Below are positions 12,891-24,500 of a stretch of DNA of 64,000 nt, piece by piece; the stretch's first letter is position 1; each line of letters starts with the position of its first letter. The stretch is from assembly GCA_964016885.1 (NCBI GenBank), contig OZ024742.1, positions 370,016,001 through 370,080,000 on the forward strand, given 5' to 3'. This DNA is from Eledone cirrhosa. Lineage: Eukaryota. The translations under genes were made by a program, and so were the position numbers. A model generated the notes under the pieces. That model worked only from the letters and a program-made list of their open reading frames with translations. It ran no database searches and was not told where the DNA came from.

Positions 12891-15793
12891 GAAGATAACA
12901 CATGTGGAATACTCAGCCAGTAGACAGAGTAATTTAATAGTTAAGATAACATATACATGAGGAATACTCAGCCAGTAGACAGACTAATTTAATAGTTAAG
13001 ATAACACATACATGTGGAATACTCAGCCAGTAGACAGAGTAATTTAATAGTTAAGATAACATATACATGAGGAATACTCAGCCAGTAGACAGACTAATTT
13101 AATAGTTAAGATAACATATACATGAGGAATACTCAGCCAGTAGACAGACTAATTTAATAGTTAAGATAACACATACATGTGGAATACTCAGTCAGTAGAC
13201 AGAGTAATTTAATAGTTAAGATAACATATACATGAGGAATACTCAGCCAGTAGACAGACTAATTTAATAGTTAAGATAACACATACATGTGGAATACTCA
13301 GCCAGTAGACAGAGTAATTTAATAGTTAAGATAACATATACATGTGGAATACTCAGCCAGTAGACAGAGTAATTTAATAGTTAAGATAACACATACATGT
13401 GGAATACTCAGCCAGTAGACAGAGTAATTTAATAGTTAAGATAACATATACATGAGGAATACTCAGCCAGTAGACAGACTAATTTAATAGTTAAGATAAC
13501 ACATACATGTGGAATACTCAGCCAGTAGACAGAGTAATTTAATAGTTAAGATAACATATACATGTGGAATACTCAGCCAGTAGACAGAGTAATTTAATAG
13601 TTAAGATAACATATACATGTGGAATACTCAGCCAGTAGACAGAGTAATTTAATAGTTAAGATAACATATACATGTGGAATACTCAACCAGTAGACAGAGT
13701 AATTTAATAGTTAAGATAACATATACATGTGGAATACTCAACCAGTAGACAGAGTAATTTAATAGTTAAGATTACACATACATGTGGAATACTCAGCCAG
13801 TAGACAGAGTAATTTAATAGTTAAGATAACACATACATGTGGAATACTCAGCCAGTAGACAGAGTAATTTAATAATTAAGATAACATATACATGAGGAAT
13901 ACTCAGCCAGTAGACAGAGTAATTTAATAATTAAGATAACATATACATGAGGAATACTCAGCCAGTAGACAGACTAATTTAATAGTTAAGATAACATATA
14001 CATGTGGAATACTCAGCCAGTAGACAGAGTAATTTAATAGTTAAGATAACATATACATGTGGAATACTCAGCCAGTAGACAGAGTAATTTAATAATTAAG
14101 ATAACATATACATGAGGAATACTCAGCCAGTAGACAGAGTAATTTAATAGTTAAGATAACATATACATGAGGAATACTCAGCCAGTAGACAGACTAATTT
14201 AATAGTTAAGATAACACATACATGTGGAATACTCAGCCAGTAGACAGAGTAATTTAATAGTTAAGATAACATATACATGTGGAATACTCAGCCAGTAGAC
14301 AGAGTAATTTAATAGTTAAGATAACATATACATGAGGAATACTCAGCCAGTAGACAGACTAATTTAATAGTTAAGATAACACATACATGTGGAATACTCA
14401 GCCAGTAGACAGAGTAATTTAATAGTTAAGATAACATAAACATGTGGAATACTCAGCCAGTAGACAGAGTAATTTAATAGTTAAGATAACACATACATGT
14501 GGAATACTCAGCCAGTAGACAGAGTAATTTAATAGTTAAGATAACATATACATGAGGAATACTCAGCCAGTAGACAGACTAATTTAATAGTTAAGATAAC
14601 ACATACATGTGGAATACTCAGCCAGTAGACAGAGTAATTTAATAGTTAAGATAACATATACATGTGGAATACTCAGCCAGTAGACAGAGTAATTTAATAG
14701 TTAAGATAACATATACATGTGGAATACTCAGCCAGTAGACAGAGTAATTTAATAGTTAAGATAACATATACATGTGGAATACTCAGCCAGTAGACAGAGT
14801 AATTTAATAGTTAAGATAACATATACATGTGGAATACTCAACCAGTAGACAGAGTAATTTAATAGTTAAGATAACATATACATGTGGAATACTCAACCAG
14901 TAGACAGAGTAATTTAATAGTTAAGATTACACATACATGTGGAATACTCAGCCAGTAGACAGAGTAATTTAATAGTTAAGATAACATATACATGTGGAAT
15001 ACTCAGCCAGTAGACAGAGTAATTTAATAGTTAAGATAACATATACATGTGGAATACTCAGCCAGTAGACAGAGTAATTTAATAGTTAAGATAACATATA
15101 CATGTGGAATACTCAGCCAGTAGACAGAGTAATTTAATAGTTAAGATAACATATACATGTGGAATACTCAGCCAGTAGACAGAGTAATTTAATAGTTAAG
15201 ATAACATATACATGTGGAATACTCAGCCAGTAGACAGAGTAATTTAATAGTTAAGAAAACACATACATGTGGAATACTCAGCCAGTAGACAGAGTAATTT
15301 AATAGTTAAGAAAACACATACATGTGGAATACTCAGCCAGTAGACAGAGTAATTTAATAGTTAAGAAAACACATACATGTGGAATACTCAGCCAGTAGAC
15401 AGAGTAATTTAATAGTTAAGATAACATATACATGTGGAATACTCAGCCAGTAGACAGAGTAATTTAATAGTTAAGATAACATATACACGTGGAATACTCA
15501 GCCAGTAGACAGAGTAATTTAATAGTTAAGAAAACATATACATGTGGAATACTCAGCCAGTAGACAGAGTAATTTAATAGTTAAGATTACACATACATGT
15601 GGAATACTCAGCCAGTAGACAGAGTAATTTAATAGTTAAGATAACATATACATGTGGAATACTCAGCCAGTAGACAGAGTAATTTAATAGTTAAGATTAC
15701 ATATTCATGTGGAATACTCAGCCAGTAGACAGAGTAATTTAATAGTTAAGATAACATATTCATGTGGAATACTCAGCCAGTACACAGAGTAAT
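12891..15793. repeat. 55-bp satellite, about 53 highly similar copies
   Basis: Unit TTAAGATAACATATACATGTGGAATACTCAGCCAGTAGACAGAGTAATTTAATAG, with no spacers between units. Confidence 0.97.
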
Positions 15794-16152
15794 GGTTTGT
15801 ACAGATGATCAAACAGGGCACTCATACATTGTTGATAGCCCATTGTTGGTGTTGTTGATATTGTTGTAGTTGTTGAAGTGTATATGTTGATGTAGATGTT
15901 GGTGTTGTTGATATCTAGTTGTTGTTGTGTAGTTGATGTAGTTGTAGCAATCATTGATTTTTATAGTTGGAAGCCGTTCCTTCCATTAATCACGGAACAG
16001 TGGAATTGTGAAAGAAAGTAAATGAAGGGAAAAAGTGACAAGCTAAGAAGAATCCAATGTGGATTATAGACAGAGAGAGCAATATAGGAGCTTTAACTAC
16101 AGTTTGACAGTAATAGAAGAAACATTATTGATTTCATACTTAGCAGGCTTAC

Positions 16153-16323
16153 TAATGCTGCTAGCAGGGAAGATTGAGTGGTTGGGGCCACTGGTGTATT
16201 TCTAGAAGGCATTAAGTGGTGGAAGTAGGATGTGACATCAAGTGGAACTGAGAAACTGGCTGGTGGTGGTACACTTGGGCTTTCTTCAGTAACCAACAAG
16301 GGAACATTATGCGATGAGATAAC
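16153..16323 (-). CDS. Candidate internal host exon (Pro/Ser-rich, 57 codons, phase 0/0)
   Basis: On the minus strand, tttctaacAG|GTT ... TTA|GTAAG brackets an open 171-nt frame VISSHNVPLLVTEESPSVPPPASFSVPLDV...SSLLAAL. No homology recognised. Confidence 0.25.
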
Positions 16324-16529
16324 CTGTTAGAAATACTAACAGAATCTTCCTCAAATTACACCCTACCATCTTAGAAAAAAGACAAATTGGAAAATGTAGC
16401 CTTAGTTATATTGTGTCTAAAGAATTAAAAAAATGCGAAGTCAAGATGGTCATGGTTAGATTGCTTTTAATTGTAAGTCTTGCTGGATCAGGCCTGGTTG
16501 GGGGCTAAACAATATAATTTCTTTATAAT

Positions 16530-16735
16530 AATGGTTTCTGATTTAGGCACAAGGCCAACAATTTTGGGGTGGGGGAAATCAATTAAATCGACCCAAGTAC
16601 ATTACTGGTATTTTATTGACCCTGTAAGGATGAATGACAAATCTAACCTTGACGAGATTTGAACTCAGAACGTAAAGAGAGTAAACTATGCTGCAAAATA
16701 TGTTGTATGATGCTCTACTGGTTCTGTTAATCCAA
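16530..16735 (-). mobile_element. Degenerate SINE-1
   Basis: GGCACAAGGCCA..TTACTGGTA..GATTTGAACTCAGAA motifs. Confidence 0.7.
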
Positions 16736-17117
16736 ATAATAACAATTGTTGAGAGGATTCTTTAGTTATGGTAAATACATGACAACTCCCTAATGTTGGT
16801 GCTATGATAAGATACATACTGTAGAGCACAGGGACGTGTGCAGGGTGCCTGGCACATCTGAGAGGTGTGTAGCTCCACTAGAGTACTGACCCATCCGTGA
16901 CAACCCACCCAACCCTTGCTAGCAGAGAAAATGGACATTAAACAATGTTTTTAATTTAGTTACAATGTCAGCAATTTGGTGGTAGGGCTAAATCAAATTG
17001 ACTGATATTTTCTTTTATTGACCCTGGAAGGAAAGACAAGTTGACCATGGTGGGATTCACAACAAAAACTACAAGGCATTTGGCCCAATACTTCAGTGAT
17101 TCTGCCAAATTTATAAT

Positions 17118-17443
17118 AATTGTTTCTACTTTTGGCACAAGGCCAGCAATTATCCCAGTGTATTACTGGTACTTTATTTTATCGACCCCGTAAAGATGAA
17201 AGGCAAAGTTAACCTCGGCGAGATTTGAACTTAGACCATAAAGGGATGTAACTCTTCGCTGCAAAGCATGGGGTCCGACCCTCTACCGATACTGCCAATC
17301 CACTGCCCTAACATGGGGTCCGACCCTCTACCGATACTGCCAATCCACCGCCCTAACATGGGGTCCGACCCTCTACCGATACTGCTAATCCACCGCCCTA
17401 ACATGGGGTCCGACCCTCTACCGATACTGCTAATCCACCGCCA
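17118..17443 (-). mobile_element. SINE-1 with a quadruplicated 45-bp head segment (17267-17443)
   Basis: SINE-1 body followed by 4 copies of CATGGGGTCCGACCCTCTACCGATACTGC(C/T)AATCCACCGCCCTAA. Confidence 0.85.
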
Positions 17444-17599
17444 AATTTATAATAATGATGACATGGCCACAAAGTGACCCATTTTAACCAGCCCACCACA
17501 TTTCTGTACTAAAACAGCCCTTAAAGTGTTTATATCTAAACTAAAAACTTCCACCACAATTATATCAAAGAACATTGTTGTCCTCGTGCTTGCAATATA

Positions 17600-17880
17600 A
17601 GAGCTGTGACCTATTAATTTGGAGAAGCACGGGCTCTACCTGGAGTGACTCTCACAGCTCCGATACTATGGACATGTGATTAGAATGTCTCAGGAATGAA
17701 TCACTGGATAGACTTTCCGGGCAAAAACAACTGGCAGAATACCCAGGAGTAGACCCTCCGAGTAAGATGGTTGGATAATATCCATGAGCTTGGCTGGTCT
17801 CACTTGGGGATCCAGCTGGATCAATGGGAGATGGTTGCTCGTGACATGACCTGCTGGTAGGAGTGTTTGAAGACTCAAAG
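17600..17880 (+). mobile_element. Old RTE-like LINE 3' fragment
   Basis: Broken frame reading QLRYYGHVIRM..GRIPRSRP..RWLDNI..ARD..W, resembling RTE C-termini. Confidence 0.65.
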
Positions 17881-20263
17881 TATTCTTTCAAGCATTTACC
17901 TCTTTTCATACATAACCACCCCCAAATTATCCTTGGTTCTATGAAACAAAAATGTTTCTTTAAGGTGTTTATATTTATCTAAAATAAAAACTTTGTTCTA
18001 ATTCAATGTAAGAGCCTGTGTTAAGTTATGTTCCAAACACCATGAGTAGTTATAACTAAATCAGTCTAATGTACATTATAAATATAGTAATGAAATGTCT
18101 AGGACATTTCCCGATATGAAATTCTGTGGTTAGAGGAGGATTTGACTGCTATTTCTAGCAATTTGAGTGACCATGTAAGATGAAGTTTCTTTGCCTGTAT
18201 TCACAAGGTCTCACCTTTCTAATGGAGTGTATAACTGATAAAATAAACTCCAGCACATTGCTGGTATTCATGTACTGACATGAGAAAGTTAAGAGGTGAT
18301 TCAAGACCCCAGAGTAGATGTCGAAGTTGGTGAATATCAGCAAAATATTGACCTCAAATATAAGACTATCCTCCCATTTCAGTTTTATTATCACATTTGT
18401 TGACTTATGCACAAATATATTTTATAATTTTATAAGAATTATCACGTATAAACTGTTATATGTACCCTGGCTTTAATTACACTGTTTCTGGTTGAACAAT
18501 AGAAATATTGACATTTTTAAATAGAAATTGGATATTTTCTATTTTGTAAAAATTAATGAGAAACTTTAGAGAATAGAAATAAAATGAGATCAGTTCTGAT
18601 GTGTATATAATATTGTAAGATTAGCAGAGAAAAACTGACTAGGCAGGGAGGAGGATGAAATAAAGTTGACCCCAAAACTGTACAATAGAGTTTAATGGCT
18701 TCCTGTACTGTTTTATAATGAGAGGGAGATAGAAATGATTGGCGAGAGAAGGGGGGAGAAAGGGGAGAGAGAAAGGGGGGGGGGAGGGGAGAGAAAAAGA
18801 AGGAGACAAAGAGAGAGAGAGAAAGAAAGATTAATGTTATTAGTATTAGTGTAAATGTTAGAAATTGCTATAATTATGCAATTATTAACCAACTACTGAC
18901 AACTGCTTTTTCTCTCTCACACACATCTCTCTCTCTCTCCCTCAGCCCCCCACCCCCCATCTCTGTAACCCATTCCTGCAGTAAATATTTGTCACTTAGG
19001 TTACAATGAAATTCTAAATGACATTTCATTCAAAGACATCATTAACGCCATTTAAAGCTGTGGATTTCTTCTGCCAACAAAATCTATTGATTATCATACA
19101 CAGGCACTGAAGCCAATTAGAAGTTGTTGATCAACATGCTGGAAATGGCAGCAAAGTCTCCCTCAAATCATAATCTACCATCTTCTAAAAAATGACAAAT
19201 AGTGAATAATTAAGTCTGCTTCTTTGTGAAAGTACATTAGTTTGACATACCGATTTACATGGATATATGTAAAAGGTAAACAGAAATAAAACAAACAGCA
19301 CAGTATATGGAAGAAATATATTAGTTTAACACTTGAAATAGTTTAGTGTTTCGGACACTAGTCCTTCATCTGAAGATAGAATTAGAAATAGAAGATAAAT
19401 AGAAAGTAAAGAGTTATAAGAGGAAGAAATGAGGAAACAAACGGGGATATATATATATATCATCATCTTTAACATCTGCTTTCCCTGTTAGCAAGGGTTG
19501 GACGGGTCTATATAGACCAAGTGAGTACTGAAGCAGGGCTACTGACATCCCAGACAGGCCGAGGAGGTCTGTATCCCGCTTACATTTGGTCATTATCTAG
19601 TGTAGAGAAGTTGTGTCTTTATACACAGAAGGGTTCTCCTACATGTTTGGCAAACTTCGTCCTTCCTAACACCAGCCACTCTACAGAGTGTACTAGGTGC
19701 TTTTATTGAGTAGATCACCAGCACTAGAGAGGTTGTCATGTCCCTGACACAACTAATGGGTCTTCCCAACCCTTTGTTTTAAATATATATATATATATAA
19801 GAAAGTCAATGAAGTTTTCTTTACATATATTTATGCTTTGTGTATTGACCTGCTACACACGTTTCACAGACGATTGGCTCAAGGTCACCTATTGATCCAA
19901 CTCCAGTATTGATCTGCTCATCAGAATGGTGATTCAACATTATATAAATCCCGAGGTTAACTTTGCCTTTCATCCTTACAGTGTCGATAAAATAAAGTAC
20001 CAGTAATACACTGGGTTATGGTTGGCCTTGTGCCAAAAGTAGAAACAATTTATATATATATATATATATACACACATGCATATATATACACACATACATA
20101 CACACACACATACATACATATATATATATGTATATATATATGCATGTGTGTGTATATATATATATATATATATACACGTGTGTGTGTGTGTGTGTGCGTG
20201 TGTATAGAAAGCAGTTGCTCTAAGAGTACAGGAATGTTTGTATTTTAAATAGTAGTAGTAGAT

Positions 20264-20453
20264 ACATCATCATCACCATTTTACGTCTGCTTTTCTCTGC
20301 TTGCAAGGGTGGGACGGGTCCTATTCAGCACAGCATCTCCCCACTTGTCACGGTCCTTCATCTCCTCCGTCAGTTTCAGTGATCTGAGGCCAGCTCTCAC
20401 CACCTCCGCCTATATTTTTCCTGGTCTACCTCTACTGGCATTTCTTGGCACTT
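20264..20453 (-). mobile_element. RTE family C 3' fragment
   Basis: (CAT)n tail and CTGCTTGCAAGGGTGGGACGGGTC; homologous to 30011-30385. Confidence 0.8.
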
Positions 20454-20625
20454 CTATATATATATATATATGTATAATACATACATATTATATATATATA
20501 TATATATATAATACATACATATATATGTATATATATATATAATACATACATATATATGTATATATATATAATACATACATATATATGTATATATATATAA
20601 TACATACATATATATGTATATATAT

Positions 20626-21411
20626 ATCATCATCAACGTTTAACGTCCGTGTTCCACGCTTGCATGGGTTTGGACGGGGGTATTCCCACTTGAGGCAAGA
20701 GTGATTGTCTTGCTCGCATAGGACTGTCTGGCGGGTTTTCTACAGCTGGATGCCCTTCCTAACACCAACCACATTTACAGTGTGGGTCTGGGAGGTTTTT
20801 ACCGTGTTGCCTACACGGCCACATTACAGCGTGGACTGTCTGGCGGGTTTTCTACAGCTGGATGCCCTTCCTAACACCAACCACATTTACAGTGTGGGTC
20901 TGGGAGGTTTTTACCGTGTTGCCTACACGGCCACATTACAGCGTGGACTGTCTGGCGGGTTTTCTACAGCTGGATGCCCTTCCTAACACCAACCACATTT
21001 ACAGTGTGGGTCTGGGAGGTTTTTACCGTGTTGCCTACACGGCCACATTACAGCGTGGACTGTCTGGCGGGTTTTCTACAGTTGGATGCCCTTCCTAACA
21101 CCAACCACATTTACAGTGTGGGTCTGGGAGGTTTTTACCGTGTTGCCTACACGGCCACATTACAGCGTGGACTGTGTGTTTTTTTTGTCGTGACACCTAC
21201 ACGATCTCATTTGTTTCGGACTGGATGTTGTGGCACCAACATAATTTACATAGAAGAGGGGGCGGTGTGGATGGGGCGGGGGGGGGGGGGGGGATGTATT
21301 TTGTTAGAGGTGCCTACTGACTGTAGGTTTCGCTTTGTACTTAGGCAAGGCGGGTCTTCTGTATGACTGTGTAGCGCCAAAGATCTCAGTCCAGCGAAAT
21401 TGTCTTGGAGA
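20626..21411 (-). mobile_element. RTE family B 3' end with 4 copies of a 112-bp unit in the 3'UTR
   Basis: (CAT)n tail and CGTCCGTGTTCCACGCTTGCATGGG terminal motif; the 112-bp unit is repeated at about 20722-21173; ends in a diverged ORF tail. Confidence 0.9.
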
Positions 21412-21550
21412 TATGCATATGTATATGTATATATATATAATACATACATATATATGTATATATATATAATATGTATATATATATATGTATATATATATAT
21501 AATATGTATATATATATAATACATACATATTATATATATATATATATATT

Positions 21551-24500
21551 ATTGTTAATATTACTACTGTTTTTCTGCTGTATTATTGATAAATTTTCGA
21601 AGGTATTTTAGTTCCTATGACGTTATTATTGTTAATATTACTGCTGTTTTAACTTCGGATATTTACCATGCGGTATTCTAATTCTATCGTATCTCTCTCG
21701 GTTATTTACCATGCGACCCCCAGTGCCTACCTCACAATTTCCCTCCCACCCACCCCCACACACCACCATAGCCTATTCGACCAATCAAACCTCAGCATGC
21801 CATTTCCGCTGCTGCTGCTGCTACTACCTAACTAACTCTCTCCTCCTCTGTCGCAGCCCAACACTCCCTGCCATTACCCCACCACCACTGTTCTGCTAGC
21901 CCTCAATTTTCCCACCGTTATGGAAGGATGAGCTGAGAATAAATTTGAGCAACTCTGAATCAATAGATGAAATATGAATCTGCGAGCTACCAAGCACCCA
22001 CGTGAAGCGCCAACCCAGAGACCCTCCCCTACGAGTGTCGACAAATACCCAAAACTCCGAGTTGGTACCATCAATGTAGGCTCAATGAAAGGAAGAGCAG
22101 GAGAAATCGTAGAAATGCTAGAGCGAAAGGAAATTGACGTATGCTGTGTGCAAGAGACTAGATGGAGAGGAGAGTCTGCCAGAGTCCTCGTAGGAAAAAG
22201 TCGGTGCTACAAATTTTTCTGGGTGGGAAATGACGATGGGATGGGTGGTGTAGGTATACTACTAGCTGACAAGTGGGTAGATAAAGTAATCTCAGTGTAC
22301 AGGGTAAACGCAAGAATCATTAAACTCAGACTAGTCCTGAATAAAACAATTACCACAATAATATCAGCTTACGCACCCCAATCGGGGCTGCCAGACGAAC
22401 TTAAGGATAGGTTTTACGAGTCCCTAATACACACTACTGCTCTAACAGACGACAAGGACTTCCTAATCATCGCAGGAGATTTTAACGGACACGTAGGTAA
22501 ACACTGCGACGGCTTCAATAGAGTACATGGAGGCCATGGAGTTGGCACAAGGAATGAGGAAGGATTCAGACTTCTAGAATTCTGCGACGCCAATGACATG
22601 TCGATATGTAACACAAACTTTAAAAAACCCGACAACCACCTGATCACCTATAGATCAGGGGAGCACTCTAGTCAGTTAGATTTTATCCTCATCAGAGGAC
22701 GTGACAGATGGACGGTCGTAAACACAAAAGCCTTCCCTAGTGAGGAATGTACATCCCAACATAGCTTAGTTGTCAGCGACCTCACGGTCAGAACTAGACG
22801 AGCCCTGAAACAGAGGCCAACCTGGAGAAGAAAGATCCGGAAGCTGAAAGTCCCCTCAACCAGTAACAGATTTAAAGATATTTTACTCAACGCCTACGAC
22901 AGTAAAGAAGAACAGATAAAGACATTTAATGTAGAAGAGAACTGGGAGTTCCTAAAAAATAATTTACTAGAGGCGACGGACGAGGTCTGTGGCTGGAGTA
23001 AGACATCAAGCAGGAGGAGAGTGACTTGGTGGTGGAACAATAAGGTAGATGAAGCAGTCAAGGCCAAGAGACAGACATGGAAAGAATGGAAGAACGGGGG
23101 GAGCAGGGTACATTACATAGAGACCAAGAGGGAAGCTAGGCGACAAGTATACTTAGCTAGGAGGGAAGCAGAGGATAGAAAATTCAAGCATGTTTTACAA
23201 CGTGAGGACCAGAAACAGGAGGTATTCAAGATTGCGAGGCAGTGTGTCAGAGATAGTTGTGATGTCATTGGAGAGAAGTGTATCCGGAATGATAAAGGTG
23301 AGCTTGCCCTCACAAGTGCTGAGAAGAAAGATGCATGGAAGAGTCATTATGATAGATTACTAAATGAGGAGAATGCATGGGAAGAAGAGACCCTACCCCA
23401 AGTAGACCCTATAGAGGGACCAGCAGTACAAGTCAGCGGCAGCGTAGTAAGTAAGGCAATCAGAGATATGAAGATGGGGAAGGCAACCGGTCCATCGGGT
23501 ATAGCTGCCGAGATGCTGAAGGCATCTGGGTCTGTAGGTCACACTATAACCACATGTATCGTTAACCAGGTAATACTAGAAGGGGACATACCAAAAGATT
23601 GGTGCAGTAGCATCATTGTCAACTGCTACAAAGGTAAAGGCGATGCACTAGATAGAGAAAACTATAGAGGTATAAAGTTGATGGACCAGGTCATGAAAGT
23701 AACAGAAAGAGTTATAGCACAGCTGATTAGGGACCGGGTGAAAATAGACGAGATGCAATTTGGGTTTGTACCAGGAAGAGGCACCACTGATGCCCTCTTC
23801 CTTGTGAGGCAATTACAGGAAAAGTACCTAGCTAAAAGTAAGCCACTCTACTTGGCATTTGTCGACCTTGAGAAAGCCTTTGACAGAGTTCCACGCGCTG
23901 TAATCTGGTGGGCTCTTAGAAAACTAGGAGTAGATGAATGGCTTGTGAAAGCGGTACAAGCCATGTATAGGGGAGCAGTCAGCAAAGTTAGGATTAGCAA
24001 TGAGTATAGCGAGGAATTTAGCGTACAGGTTGGGGTCCACCAGGGCTCTGTTCTTAGCCCTCTCCTGTTCATCATAGTCCTGCAGCCAATAACGGAGGAG
24101 TTTAAGACCGGATGCCCATGGGAACTCCTGTATGCTGATGACCTCGCACTCATAGCTGAATCTATGGTAGAACTAGAGAATAAATTCCAAACCTGGAAGC
24201 AGGGACTAGAAAGAAAGGGTCTCAAAGTCAACATGACAAAGACTAAGGTCCTTGTAAGTAGACGAGAAAACAGAACCCAGATCCCCTCAGGGAAATGGCC
24301 TTGCTCAGTATGTAGGAAAGGTGTAGGTAGGAACTCCATTCTCTGCCCCAAATGCAAACAATGGGTACACAAGAGATGTAGCGGGATCTCAGGAAGCTTA
24401 ATTAAGAATGTAGGATTCACATGCAGCAGCTGTGCTGAGACAGCAAACAGCAAACAGCCACAGGAAACAAGTACCACCAATCTCTGGGAGGGCCCTGTAG

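Noticed and set aside
12891-15793. CRISPR-like regular array
   Set aside because: The units are contiguous with no unique spacers, there are no cas genes and the context is eukaryotic.
18155-18412. Coding-looking unique stretch
   Set aside because: No recognisable motif or consistent splice signals; it may be a decayed transposon.
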